Assembly: GCA_013360585.1 (NCBI GenBank)
Contig: JABWBH010000016.1
Span: 9,474 to 73,473, forward strand
Direction: 5' to 3'
Length of the DNA stretch: 64,000 bases
From: Phycisphaerae bacterium
GTDB lineage: Bacteria; Planctomycetota; Phycisphaerae; UBA1845
Below, piece by piece: positions 1 to 10,253 of the stretch. How positions within the stretch are numbered: position 1 is the stretch's first letter; every line of letters starts with the position of its first letter. The notes below the pieces were generated by a model, which was not told where the DNA came from, searched no databases, and worked only from the letters and a program-made list of their open reading frames with translations. The translations under genes and the position numbers were made by a program.

Positions 1-1610
1 CACGCCCCCTTCCGGATTCCGCTCAGTCTGACGCCTTGGCAGGATGGGGCGCCGGGCTTTCAATTCAGCAATCGTCTCTCGGCATTGCGCCTTCCCGCAC
101 GCCTTGGCGCGACATCGTCCGGTCCTTGCGCGACATGCGCGGCGTCGCGTACGCCCTCGGGGCGAAGGAGGCGCCGCCGACGGGCGCCGAGGTTGTGACG
201 CTTCCGTCGTATGAGGAGGTGAAAGCTGACAAGCTCAGGTTCGCCGAGGCGACGCGGAAGTATCACCTCGAGACGAATCCCTACAATGCGAAGACGCTCG
301 TGCAGCGGCACGGCGATCAGCACGTCGTCGTCAACCCCCCGCGGCTGCCCGAATCCGAGTCGAACATGGATCGGTATTACGACCTGCCGTATACGCGCCG
401 CCCGCATCCGTCGTACCCCGAGCCGATCCCTGCGCACCAGGTCATCAAGGATTCGATCACGCTGATGCGCGGATGCTTCGGCGGCTGCACCTTCTGCTCG
501 ATCACGATGCACCAGGGGCGGATCATCCAGTCCAGAAGCAAGACCTCGATTCTCCGCGAGATCAACACGCTGACATCGGATCCGGCGTTCAAGGGCACGA
601 TCAGCGACCTCGGCGGTCCGACGGCCAATATGTACAAGATGGTCTGTACGAAGCCCGAGATCGAGGCGATCTGCCGCCGCCTCTCCTGCGTGCATCCGAA
701 GATCTGCCCGCTGCTGGGCACGGACCACGGACCGCTCATCGACGTAATGCGCGAAACCCGCCAACAGAAGGGCGTGAAGAAAGTGCTGGTCGCCAGCGGC
801 GTGCGGATGGACCTCGCCCGGCGCTCGCCCGAGTACATGCGCGAGCTGACGCTGCATCACGTCGGCGGCCACCTCAAGGTGGCGCCGGAACACACGGATG
901 ACAGGACGCTGGCGCTGATGAAGAAAACGCGTCCGGAGGATTTCGAGGGGTTCTCGGAGCAGTTCCGCGACATCTCGAAGCGCGCCGGCAAGAAACAATA
1001 CCTCGTCCCGTATTTCATCAGCTCGCACCCCGGCAGCACGGTGGAGAGCATGATCGAGCTGGCCGTGTTCCTGAAGCGCAACGGCTATCGCCCGGACCAG
1101 GTGCAGGACTTCATCCCCGCGCCGATGGATCTCGCCACCTGCATGTATTACACGGGGCTTGATCCGATGACGATGAAACCGGTCCACGTGGCGACGCGCC
1201 TGCGCGAGCGGAAGTTCCAGCGGGCGCTGCTGCAATTCTTCAAGCCCGCGAACTACTTCACCGTGCGCCGCCTCCTGCTCGACCACGGCCGCGGCGACCT
1301 CATCGGCGACGGCTGCGACGCGCTGATCCCCTCGCGCCCGCCGCGCGAGGCGATCGAATCGCGACGGCAGGAAGCCGAACGAATCGCGCGGCGGAGCGGG
1401 GCCGGCGAGCGCCCGGCGTCCGTCGCCGCTCCGTCGGAATCGGAGTGGGATCTGGCCCGCAGCATGTCGGAAGACGAGGACCACTATCACTCGACGGGGC
1501 GCAGACCGTCCGGCGGAGAGGCTCCCGATTCAAACGCCGGCGGTGCCCGGTCGGGCGGCGCTGGATACCGCCCGGGCCGTCGATCCGGCCGCCGACGCGA
1601 GCGCCAGTGA
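1..1610 (+). CDS. ygiQ: YgiQ/UPF0313 family radical SAM protein (5'-truncated by window edge)
   Basis: CxxxCxxC motif RGCFGGCTFC followed by HQGRIIQSRS, LKVAPEH, PYFISSHPG and QVQDFIP. The frame is open back to the window start. Confidence 0.9.
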   Translation, partial: RPLPDSAQSDALAGWGAGLSIQQSSLGIAPSRTPWRDIVRSLRDMRGVAYALGAKEAPPTGAEVVTLPSYEEVKADKLRFAEATRKYHLETNPYNAKTLVQRHGDQHVVVNPPRLPESESNMDRYYDLPYTRRPHPSYPEPIPAHQVIKDSITLMRGCFGGCTFCSITMHQGRIIQSRSKTSILREINTLTSDPAFKGTISDLGGPTANMYKMVCTKPEIEAICRRLSCVHPKICPLLGTDHGPLIDVMRETRQQKGVKKVLVASGVRMDLARRSPEYMRELTLHHVGGHLKVAPEHTDDRTLALMKKTRPEDFEGFSEQFRDISKRAGKKQYLVPYFISSHPGSTVESMIELAVFLKRNGYRPDQVQDFIPAPMDLATCMYYTGLDPMTMKPVHVATRLRERKFQRALLQFFKPANYFTVRRLLLDHGRGDLIGDGCDALIPSRPPREAIESRRQEAERIARRSGAGERPASVAAPSESEWDLARSMSEDEDHYHSTGRRPSGGEAPDSNAGGARSGGAGYRPGRRSGRRRERQ

Positions 1611-1654
1611 TTTCGCGGACTCCCTGCGCCCGGTCGACGCCGCCGGTCATGACG

Positions 1655-2323
1655 TCATCGTCCGTTCTGACGATCCGGCGCGCACCACAGTCGCCCCTTC
1701 TCGCGGCGAAGGAGTTCCTTCTGATACTCGCCGTGGGTCATCCACTCGGTGTGTCCGTCGATGCCGGCGACGGTGGACCCGCCGCCGTGGCGCGTGGTCA
1801 GGCCCTCGGTGGGGAAGCTGGACCCGTCGTTCCAGGTCGGCTCGCCGGCCTCCCAGAAGATCAGCGCCTCGGTTCTGAATCGGGTCGTCTGAAACGACCA
1901 GTCCGCCCGTCCGAAACCCGCGACCGCGCCGTTCATCAGGTAGCTCGTGAGGTGTTCGGTCTGAAAGTAAGGCTCCAGGTGCTTCGGGCAGCGGTACACG
2001 CTGTCCACCTGAAAATAAGGCCACACCAGCCCGGTGCGGCGATGCTCGGGAGTGAACTCGACGGGGGATTGATAAAGCCACCCGGGCACAGGGTCCATCG
2101 CCGCCCAGTTCGGGGGCGGGAGGAAGTCGTTGTAATCCTGGGCGTAGAGGAGCGCAGCGGTCATGAGCTGACGATGGTGGGAGGCGCACAGCGCGCGATG
2201 ACCTTGGTCGCGCGCGTTTCGCAAGGCGGGCAGGAGCATGCTGATCAGCAGGGCGATGATCGAAATGACGACAAGCAATTCGAGAAGGGTGAACGCCGCA
2301 GCCCTTTGTCGATCGCCGATCAT
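1655..2323 (-). CDS. Prepilin-type N-terminal cleavage/methylation protein with H-X9-DG motif (DUF1559-like pseudopilin)
   Basis: Type III signal A|[24 protein letters not shown]; C-terminal [13 protein letters not shown]. Confidence 0.9.
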   Translation of the reverse strand: MIGDRQRAAAFTLLELLVVISIIALLISMLLPALRNARDQGHRALCASHHRQLMTAALLYAQDYNDFLPPPNWAAMDPVPGWLYQSPVEFTPEHRRTGLVWPYFQVDSVYRCPKHLEPYFQTEHLTSYLMNGAVAGFGRADWSFQTTRFRTEALIFWEAGEPTWNDGSSFPTEGLTTRHGGGSTVAGIDGHTEWMTHGEYQKELLRREKGRLWCAPDRQNGR

Positions 2324-2561
2324 ATTTCAACAGGATAACAAGAGAGGCCGGTCGGGCGAAAACGAGCTTCCGGCGAGGCGGGGAGGGAGCGGCGACTGCC
2401 CGGAGCGGAGGTCCGAGGGTCGTCGTCGTCGAATCAGGTCCACGTTGTCCACCGTCCTGCCGCAAGGTTCGCGTTTTGACACGCGGCTTATTATCATTCC
2501 CCATCGCCAAGGCGTCAGGAAAGGGCTTCGCACGACGGACAGTCCGGACGAAAGGAATCGC

Positions 2562-3845
2562 ATGAACGAAGAGCTTTCCGAAGTCATTTCCCCTCCGCGC
2601 ATCGAATTCCTGCGCGTTCAGAATTACCGCGCGCTCGCTGATCTGAAGCTCGAGAGAATCACTCCGCTGACCGTCTTTGTCGGCCCGAACGGCAGCGGGA
2701 AGTCTACGATCTTCGACGTGTTTGCGTTCCTTTCCGAGTGTTTCTCCGTCGGATTGCGCAAGGCATGGGACAAACGAGGACGGTTCAAGGAACTGCGCAG
2801 TCGCGGGAAAGAAGGACCGATTACGGTCGAGATCAAGTACAAGGAACCCGACCTTCCGATTATTACGTATCACCTCGAAATCAGCGAAGACACGAAGGGT
2901 CCGTTCGTCAGTCGAGAATGGCTTCGGTGGACGCGGAAGGGAGGCGCAGGACGCCCCTTCAACTTCCTTGACTTTAAAGAGGGAAGCGGTTCCGTCATCT
3001 CGGGGGACAGGCCTGAGGAAAAAGACAAGCGGATTCCGGAAGTCTTGGAATCGCGCGAGCTGCTGGCGGTTAACACGCTGGGGCAGTTTGCGAAACACCC
3101 GCGGGTCAGCGCCCTGCGCCGTTTCATCACGGATTGGTACCTGTCCTATCTTTCTGCAGACAACACGCGCGGCATCCCCGAAGCCGGTCCGCAGGAGCGG
3201 TTGTCGGCCAACGGCGACAACCTGCCCAATGTCATTCAATATTTGAAGGAGCAACACGCCGATCGTCTTGAGACCGTATTGAACACGCTGGCCCGGCGGG
3301 TTCCCCGGCTCGAAAAAGTGGATGCCGATATCATGCAGGACGGTCGACTGTTGTTGCAGATCAAGGATGCGCCGTTCGAACGACCCGTCATGGCCAAGTT
3401 CGCATCGGACGGAACACTGAAAATGCTGGCTTACCTCGTAGTGCTTCACGATCCATCCCCGCCACAGCTTGTCGGGATCGAGGAGCCGGAGAATCAACTG
3501 CACCCTCGCCTGCTTCCCGAACTTGCAGAGGAATGTCGCGGCGCATCGGCCCAGACCCAACTGATGATCACGACGCACTCGCCTTATTTCGTGAACGGGT
3601 TGAAGCCCCAGGAGACGTGGATTCTGCACCGGGACGCGCAGGGATATACCCGGGCCGAGCAGGCATCAAGGATCCGAGGAATCAACGATTTCATCGACCA
3701 GGGCGCGCAGCTCGGTTCCTTGTGGATGGAAGGGCATTTCGGCGTGGGCGACCCCCTTGAACCCGACACACGAGTCGGTGATGCCCGCCGAAAGCGGGGA
3801 ACCCGGAAGCAGCGCACGAAATCGCGTAAGGGGAGAAAGCCCTGA
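2562..3845 (+). CDS. ABC-type AAA ATPase (AAA_21/AAA_15-like)
   Basis: Walker [10 protein letters not shown], signature variant ASDGT, Walker [15 protein letters not shown]-loop ITTHSP. Start set at ATG 2562 after an AAAGGA RBS. Confidence 0.9.
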   Translation: MNEELSEVISPPRIEFLRVQNYRALADLKLERITPLTVFVGPNGSGKSTIFDVFAFLSECFSVGLRKAWDKRGRFKELRSRGKEGPITVEIKYKEPDLPIITYHLEISEDTKGPFVSREWLRWTRKGGAGRPFNFLDFKEGSGSVISGDRPEEKDKRIPEVLESRELLAVNTLGQFAKHPRVSALRRFITDWYLSYLSADNTRGIPEAGPQERLSANGDNLPNVIQYLKEQHADRLETVLNTLARRVPRLEKVDADIMQDGRLLLQIKDAPFERPVMAKFASDGTLKMLAYLVVLHDPSPPQLVGIEEPENQLHPRLLPELAEECRGASAQTQLMITTHSPYFVNGLKPQETWILHRDAQGYTRAEQASRIRGINDFIDQGAQLGSLWMEGHFGVGDPLEPDTRVGDARRKRGTRKQRTKSRKGRKP

Positions 3846-4453
3846 TGCACGTCGAGTTCCTTGTCGAGGAACCCTCCGCCGAAGCCGCTTTGAGGGAGTT
3901 TCTCTCTTCTTTATTGGGAGCCGAGAACACGTTCAGGATCCACGCGCACCAGGGAAAGAGAGACCTGCTCAACTCGCTTGCAGGGCGACTCCGCGGGTAC
4001 TCAAAATGGCTTCCGGACGACTGGAGAATCGTGGTTCTGGTGGATCGGGACGCCGAGGACTGTCGCCATCTGAAACGGCGTCTTAATCGACTGGCGAAGG
4101 ATGCGGGCCTTAAGACGCGTGCAGACGCAAGATCGCCGGGCATCATCCGAGTCCTGAATCGCATCGCCATTGAAGAGCTCGAGGCGTGGTTTTTCGGCGA
4201 CACCGACGCGATACGTGCCGCGTACCCAAGGATTCCCAGCAATCTTTCAGCGAACGCAAGGTACCGAGATCCGGATGCGATCAGGGGCGGGACGTGGGAA
4301 GCGCTGGAACGCGTGCTTCAAGACGCCGGGTATCACAAAGGGGGGTTGCCGAAGATCGAAGCGGCGCGAAGGATCGCGCATCATCTTCGCATCGAAAACA
4401 ATCGTTCCGTCAGCTTCCGTGCGTTCTGCAGCGGGGTTCGATCCCTCCTCTGA
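3845..4453 (+). CDS. DUF4276-family TOPRIM-like putative nuclease
   Basis: N-terminal FLVEEPS, DxD (VLVDRD), IEELEAWFFGD, C-terminal NRSVSF. TGATG stop/start overlap with the ATPase. Confidence 0.8.
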   Translation: MHVEFLVEEPSAEAALREFLSSLLGAENTFRIHAHQGKRDLLNSLAGRLRGYSKWLPDDWRIVVLVDRDAEDCRHLKRRLNRLAKDAGLKTRADARSPGIIRVLNRIAIEELEAWFFGDTDAIRAAYPRIPSNLSANARYRDPDAIRGGTWEALERVLQDAGYHKGGLPKIEAARRIAHHLRIENNRSVSFRAFCSGVRSLL

Positions 4454-4672
4454 TTGATCCAGGATGCGTTTGCAGGGTTTGAATCGCCGGGTCAATTTCC
4501 GTTACGGCGCCCGAAATCCATGCCGGGTATGTTGATCCGGACCGCGTAGCGCAGCAGGTCATGAACAGGGCATTCGTTTTGACCTCGACATGGGGATTCA
4601 TGGGCGCGCGGGCTCGGTTCCGTCGGGAATAAGCGTCTGAGGTCAGGTGCGGTTCGGGGCGATGGCGGTGAA

Positions 4673-5518
4673 TCAGGGCGATCGGCCCCAGTGCAGTTTT
4701 CTGACGAGATTGTCCCACGGGGAGCGGGAGGGATTGCGCACCAGGAGGAAGTCGGCGGGGAACCGGCGGATGCGGAGGATGTCGCCTTCGTGGAGGGGCA
4801 TCGCCGCCTGTCCGTCGACGATGACGGACGAGCCGCTGTTGACCGCGACGGGGCGGACCTCGATCACGGCGTCCGGTCCGACGACGATGGGGCGGTGGGT
4901 GAGGGAGTGGGCGTTAAGCGGGGTGATGCCGATGGCCCGCAGTTCCGCCGCCATCACGGGCCCGCCGGCGGACAGGCTGTGAGCGGTGGAGCCCGTCGGG
5001 GTGCAGACCGCCAGCCCGTCGCCGCGAAGATGGGTGAGGCGCTCGCCGTCAATGTAGACGTCGAGCGCGATCATGCGAAAGGGCGGACCCATCTGAATCA
5101 CGCAGTCGTTGATCGCGGGGAGGGCGTGCTGCGCCCTCTGCGACGTCAGTGTGACCTCGAGCGTCAGCCGGCGTGAGACGCATGCGTCATCCGTCATGAC
5201 CCGATCGAATTGCGCACAAAGCTCATCGAGGGAGAATTCCGCGAGGAAGCCGAGCTTCCCCATGTTCACGCCGATCAGCGGAAACTGTGTCGCCCCGAGG
5301 CTCCGAGCAACGCCGATCAGCGTTCCGTCACCGCCGAGCACGACGATCCGGTCGGGACGGGCGGCGATGGCGGAAGAAACATCGAGAGAGGGAACCGTGC
5401 CGACCAGTTCCGCGCGCGGCTGAGCGAAAGCCGCGAGACGTTCGAGCGCAGAGGCCACGTCGGGCTTATCCGGATTCGAGAGAATCAGGATCCGTGGTGG
5501 ACGGGTTCCGCTCATCAT
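4673..5518 (-). CDS. nadK: NAD+ kinase
   Basis: GGDGT, GVNMGKLGFL, AINDCV, GDGLAVCTPTGSTAHSLSAGGP. Confidence 0.95.
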   Translation of the reverse strand: MMSGTRPPRILILSNPDKPDVASALERLAAFAQPRAELVGTVPSLDVSSAIAARPDRIVVLGGDGTLIGVARSLGATQFPLIGVNMGKLGFLAEFSLDELCAQFDRVMTDDACVSRRLTLEVTLTSQRAQHALPAINDCVIQMGPPFRMIALDVYIDGERLTHLRGDGLAVCTPTGSTAHSLSAGGPVMAAELRAIGITPLNAHSLTHRPIVVGPDAVIEVRPVAVNSGSSVIVDGQAAMPLHEGDILRIRRFPADFLLVRNPSRSPWDNLVRKLHWGRSP

Positions 5519-5627
5519 CGGTCCGAGTTCTTATGAAGCTGTCCTTGGAACGCCCCGACGTATCCCGTCATTGTCGATCGGACCCCGACGTGCTGCAACC
5601 TGCGATGCGCGGAGCAGGGGCGGCAGG

Positions 5628-5788
5628 CAGGGCAACCGCATTCTGACTTCGAATCCGGGTGGCATGGCCTGGAGTACTCGCCTGGCCAAGCTACAGGAGC
5701 CGAACCCCCGTTCCTTCCGGACACGGGTCCGCTGCTGCGGACCCGTGCCGCCCGACGTGCCGGCAGATCTCAGAATGCGATTGCCCTG
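5628..5788. mobile_element. 161-bp MITE, probably ISAs1-family derived
   Basis: 19-bp TIRs CAGGGCAACCGCATTCTGA (5628-5646) and TCAGAATGCGATTGCCCTG (5770-5788), one mismatch. Perfect 10-bp flanking direct repeat GGGCGGCAGG (5618-5627, 5789-5798). No transposase inside. Confidence 0.85.
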
Positions 5789-5897
5789 GGGCGGCAGGTC
5801 GGGGAAATCCGAAAACTGGTGGTCCAGGGGCATTTCTAGGCTTATGATTAAGGGGCGAAGGCGACGGCGTCGGCAAAGATATGTGGCGGGGAGGGCG

Positions 5898-6716
5898 ATG
5901 GGTCTGCGCGTGGTGCTGGTGACCGGTCCGCGGAAGTCGGGCAAAGGAGCGATCATCCGGGCGATGATCGACCTGCTCTGGCAGCACCGCCCGCATTACA
6001 TGCGCCTGGCGCGGAACAACGGCGACAAGAAACCCCCCTCGAAGCTGGGGCTTCAGACCCCCGAGGACTGGGGGCTGGCCAGCGCCCGGTGGCTGATGTA
6101 CGACGACGACCTGATCTTCGAGCGCCTTCCCGCCGCCCTGACCCAGATTCATGCCGCCGATCGCTACGGGTCGGTGGTGGTCGAGGCGGACTCGGACCCG
6201 ATCGTGCGGAACGCCTACCCTTTCGATCACCGCGTTTTCGTCATGCCGACGCCGTGCGACCTTTACGAGATTTTCCGCACCCCCGAACAGGCCGCCGCAG
6301 CGATGCATGCGGTGCTCAAGGACACGACGGCGTTCGCCTCCGAGGTCTTCGGCTTGATCGACCAGGGTCGGATGCTATCGGAAGGGGATTGCAACGAGAA
6401 ACCGGACCTTTCGGCGACGCAGTGGCGGGGCTTCCTGTATTCGCCGCTGGGAGAGGAGCTGATCACGCGGATCCTGCTTCAGCCGCCCTATCACGGGCTT
6501 GCGGAAAGCGACGTGGTGATCATCAACACCGGCGTTGGGGCGCGTTCGTGTTCAACGGCGAAGTGCATCAGCAAGCTGGATTGCCTGCTGCGCAAAATCA
6601 GCACCCTGACGCAGAGGGAGGTGCGACGTTTTGCGTGCGATCTGTATGCGGAACCCACGCCGGCGTCGCGTGAACTGCTGGAAGTGCTCGCGCCGATGTG
6701 TCAGGCCGGGCGGTAA
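5898..6716 (+). CDS. Hypothetical protein with N-terminal P-loop-like motif
   Basis: MGLRVVLVTGPRKSGKG after a GGGAGG RBS. The longer ORF start at 5571 would run through the MITE. Confidence 0.7.
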   Translation: MGLRVVLVTGPRKSGKGAIIRAMIDLLWQHRPHYMRLARNNGDKKPPSKLGLQTPEDWGLASARWLMYDDDLIFERLPAALTQIHAADRYGSVVVEADSDPIVRNAYPFDHRVFVMPTPCDLYEIFRTPEQAAAAMHAVLKDTTAFASEVFGLIDQGRMLSEGDCNEKPDLSATQWRGFLYSPLGEELITRILLQPPYHGLAESDVVIINTGVGARSCSTAKCISKLDCLLRKISTLTQREVRRFACDLYAEPTPASRELLEVLAPMCQAGR

Positions 6717-6925
6717 GCGAGCGGAAAGCACGCGCTCTGCCAGCCTCGACTTTTTCCGTATTTGAGGTCGGAGACTCCCTGGACGACTGAGGACATCAGA
6801 ACGACCACCCTGGAATTTCAGACGCCCGGTATTTCCAGGGGGCGTGGCGAAGCTTCAACGCCTGCGGTTTCTCTCGGAACTGGCGGAAACCGCCCCTCGC
6901 AAAAAGGCAAAAGTCAAGCGGCTAA

Positions 6926-7373
6926 CGCCACGGTACGACGACATTGTTCGCGGCCGTCACGATGGCCACGGGTAAACTCATCGGCACGTGCGTGAAGCGT
7001 CGCCATCATCAGGAGCGGCTCAAGCTCCTGAAACTCATAGACGTGCGCCCACGCCGCCGCATCCGGAACCGCACCTCATCGCCGAAAACTGGAGCACGCA
7101 CACCCCCCCAAGATCAAGGCCCGACTCGCGCGACAGCCGTGGTTTCATAGGCACTTCACCCCGACGTCCAGTTCATCGCTGAACATCATTGAACGCTGGT
7201 TCCGCGAGATCGCCGTCAAGCGGATCCGCCGCGGAACATTTCGGAACGTCGAATCTCTGGAGAAGGTCATCCCTGACCTCATCCAGGCCCGCAACAAGAA
7301 CCCGAAGCCCTTCACCTGGACCGCCGACCCGGCCGACGTGCTCACCGGAGTCGTGCGGCCCACCAAGCCCTGA
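6926..7373 (+). pseudogene. IS630-family transposase remnant (C-terminal part, two frameshifts)
   Basis: Segments in three frames: RHGTTTLFAA...TGKLIG; HLIAENWSTH; FHRHFTPTSSSSLNIIERWFREI...RIRRGTF...NPKPFTWT. Confidence 0.85.
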
Positions 7374-7402
7374 ATACGGATCAACATCGGTGAGATACTA
7401 CA

Positions 7403-8389
7403 TCAGGGGCATGTAACCAGCCTCTCGATGTCGCATCCGGTGACGCGCACCGCACCGCTGATGCTGGGGCATTCCTTCACGACGACCTTGCCGCGGTTGT
7501 TGGCGGCTTTGCGAATGCAACCGCCGGAGGGCAGCTCAAAGGTGTAGTTCAAGCCCGGCGTTCCGCCCTTGAGCACGGCCTTGGTCTGGCATCCGCAACC
7601 GCGGGACGTGGTGGTCGCCTTCAGGGACTCCGCTCCGTTGCATCCGTCCGAGGGAACGCAGGGGGATTCCATCAAAGGGAGTCCGCCGGAACAGCCGGGA
7701 CTGGGCGAGGTCGTGCCGAAAAGGACGCCGCCCTGGGTCACGGTGTAAGCCGGGTCGAAGTAGATTTCGAGCCGGTCTCCGGCGTAATTGATCTGGGCGC
7801 CGTATTGCGGCGCTCGCGGCGCGAGGCGCTGGAACAGCGCCTGGCAGATCACCGGTCCTTCGGTCTGGAAGTTCAGCTCCGCCGCGGAGACTTGCACGCT
7901 CAGTTCACCCACGTCGGTGATGATGCCGGCCTTGAAGATCGCGGGCAACTGGTGGGAGTCGAACGGCTCGAAGAAGTTCTCAAAGATAACCCGCGCCGGC
8001 TGTTCCGCCGTGGAGACGAATTGCGACTTCAGGGCGTCGTCGAGTTCGGCGGTGTCGCGCGTGAAGAATTCGATGTAGCGGATCGCCGGGTTCAGGTTCT
8101 TGAGCTTCAACTCGCCCGCCGTGCCCGTGTCGATGTCGAACATGGTGCAGGTCGCCTTGATCTTGGCGGCCTTGCGCTCCGCCGACAGGTCCGCAGCCGT
8201 GATATCGACCTCGCAGTCCTTTCCGGGAATGATGTTCCCGTTCTTGTCCCTCGCGAGCAGCCGGACGGTCCCGGTCTTGAGCGGATCTCCGACCTTGACG
8301 GTGGCGGTCCGGAAGTCGGCGAACGCGCCGCTCGTCGCAACCGCCATCACCCATCCCCCGATCAACAGATTCTTTTGTACGGTTTTCAT
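7403..8389 (-). CDS. Secreted protein of unknown function with ~79-aa Cys-bracketed C-terminal domain
   Basis: GAGGAG RBS; signal peptide MKTVQKNLLIGGWVMAVATSGAFA; ends CNGAESLK...NNRGK...VTCP. Confidence 0.85.
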   Translation of the reverse strand: MKTVQKNLLIGGWVMAVATSGAFADFRTATVKVGDPLKTGTVRLLARDKNGNIIPGKDCEVDITAADLSAERKAAKIKATCTMFDIDTGTAGELKLKNLNPAIRYIEFFTRDTAELDDALKSQFVSTAEQPARVIFENFFEPFDSHQLPAIFKAGIITDVGELSVQVSAAELNFQTEGPVICQALFQRLAPRAPQYGAQINYAGDRLEIYFDPAYTVTQGGVLFGTTSPSPGCSGGLPLMESPCVPSDGCNGAESLKATTTSRGCGCQTKAVLKGGTPGLNYTFELPSGGCIRKAANNRGKVVVKECPSISGAVRVTGCDIERLVTCP

Positions 8390-8952
8390 GGCCAACAACT
8401 CCTCGTTTTCACGCCGAGCCGCCGGCCCGGCTTCGACCCCTGAGTCGGAAAGCGGCCGCCGCACTCCCGAAGAGGCCTTCGGCGCCCTCTCATCAGCGCC
8501 GGAGGCACCGGGTTCCGAAACCCGGAATACGCGGTGCGGTCTGCATGCCGCTCTCCCTTACTCTGACTCCGTTACTGACGCGGCGAGTCTTACAGTAAGG
8601 GCGTTCCGTCGGATGAATCGTGGCTTGTGACGCCCCGGCGCAGGGTCCACTGAAAGGCCCGGGGCATGCTCTACCGGAGGGGGACGCGGCAATGCGGTGG
8701 AATCCGTTCCGGCTGGTTGATCCGCAACGGCGAGGATGATCAAGACGAGGGCGGGGCCGATCCGGCGTGGATGGGCGCGGATGACGATGCCCCGTCCGTC
8801 CCGCCGGGCGCCTGAAGCGCCGCCCTCAATCGTCATCCTCGACTCCGCGGCGCGCCACGAAACGAGCGTTCGCGCGAGCTGAAGCCTGCGGCTCGGATGG
8901 CGCTCCACATTCGTGAATAATGATTTAGGCCCGTCGGACCCGTCCGGATGCT

Positions 8953-10011
8953 TTACGCCACCACCAACCGGGTGCGGACAATGCGGGCGATCGCCGTGCC
9001 CGCGGCGGTAATCTGCTCGGCACTGACGTCCAGGTGTGTGACGGCGCGGACGGTCCGCGGTCCGACGGGCAGCATCAAGACGCCCGACGCCTTGAGCGCG
9101 TCGCATAGCGCCTGCGCCGTCGCCAGGTCCGGATCGACGTCGAAGAACACGATGTTCGTCTGCACCTTCCGCGGATCGACCGACAGCCCCGGAACGTCCG
9201 CAATCGTCTCGGCGAGGCGCTTCGCGTTGCGGTGATCTTCGGCGAGACGTTCGACGTGATGATCGAGCGCATGCAGCGCCGCGGCCGCGAGGATGCCCGC
9301 CTGGCGCATCCCGCCGCCGAACATCTTGCGGAAGCGGTGGACGCGCTGCACCACCGCCGCGCTGCCCGCAACGATCGAGCCGACGGGCGCGCCCAGCCCC
9401 TTCGAGAAGCACATCGACACCGTGTTGAACGGTTTCGCCCACTCCGCGATCGGGATGCCCGTGGCGACGCTCGCGTTCCAGAGTCGCGCGCCGTCCAGGT
9501 GCATGCGCAGCCCGAATTCGTCCGCGACGGCGCGGATGGCGCGGATGCGTTCGATCGGCCAGATCGTTCCGCCGCCCTTGTTGTGGGTGTTCTCGATAAT
9601 GACGAGGCGGGATTGCGGAAAGTGCGAGGTGGGCGGGCGCAGCGCCGCCCGGACGTCGTCCTCGTCAAACAACCCGCCTTCGCCGCGCAACAGGCGCAGC
9701 GAGCAGCCGGACAGGGCGCAGGGCGCGCCGGCTTCGTAGAAGTAGAAGTGCGAGTGCTCGTGCCCGATGATCTCGTCGCCTGGTTCGGTGTGCGCGCGGA
9801 TGCAGGTCTGGTTGCCCATCGAACCCGAGGGGACGAAAAGGGCCGCCTCCTTGCCCGTCAGGCGGGCGACGCGCTCCTGAAGGCGGTTGACGGTCGGGTC
9901 GTCGCCGAAGACGTCGTCGCCGACCTCGGCCTCGGCCATCGCCTTGCGCATCGCGGGCGTGGGGCGGGTGACGGTGTCGCTGCGCAGATCGATCGGGAAA
10001 GAAACGCTCAT
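8953..10011 (-). CDS. ltaE: Low-specificity L-threonine aldolase
   Basis: [36 protein letters not shown] lysine motif [12 protein letters not shown]. Confidence 0.95.
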   Translation of the reverse strand: MSVSFPIDLRSDTVTRPTPAMRKAMAEAEVGDDVFGDDPTVNRLQERVARLTGKEAALFVPSGSMGNQTCIRAHTEPGDEIIGHEHSHFYFYEAGAPCALSGCSLRLLRGEGGLFDEDDVRAALRPPTSHFPQSRLVIIENTHNKGGGTIWPIERIRAIRAVADEFGLRMHLDGARLWNASVATGIPIAEWAKPFNTVSMCFSKGLGAPVGSIVAGSAAVVQRVHRFRKMFGGGMRQAGILAAAALHALDHHVERLAEDHRNAKRLAETIADVPGLSVDPRKVQTNIVFFDVDPDLATAQALCDALKASGVLMLPVGPRTVRAVTHLDVSAEQITAAGTAIARIVRTRLVVA

Positions 10012-10253
10012 AACTGGTTCACCTCCTGCGGCGATCCTGCCCGGATGAACGGCCGCTGTGCGAGGATAACGCGATCTGCGGCGGATGTCTCGCCCCGACA
10101 GAGCGAACCCGTCATCGGGGGTGGGTGTTGCGGAATGAGCGCAATCAGGCGGGCGTCGATCCCGGAAGCAAGGATCGGCGCCCGCCGCCTAAGGTTGCCT
10201 TGCAGGCGGCGCGGGACAGACCCGCGAACCGCCGCTTTCGCCGCCGACCTGCA

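Noticed and set aside
5700-5730. Minus-strand GTCCGGAAGGAA resembling SRP RNA domain IV
   Set aside because: The conserved CAGG/AGCA internal loop is missing, and the TIRs plus TSD explain the region as a MITE.
5571-5897. N-terminal extension of the 5571-6716 ORF
   Set aside because: It reads through the MITE; a better RBS and start lie at 5898.
6790-6925. Cluster of hairpins (CCCTGGAA/TTCCAGGG, GCGGTTTC/GAAACCGC); possible riboswitch
   Set aside because: No riboswitch consensus recognised, and it precedes only an IS relic.
8475-8836. Two hairpins (8475-8506, 8508-8525) and a short ORF upstream of the 8389 gene
   Set aside because: Such stems are common at this GC content; no conserved motif and no convincing coding signal.
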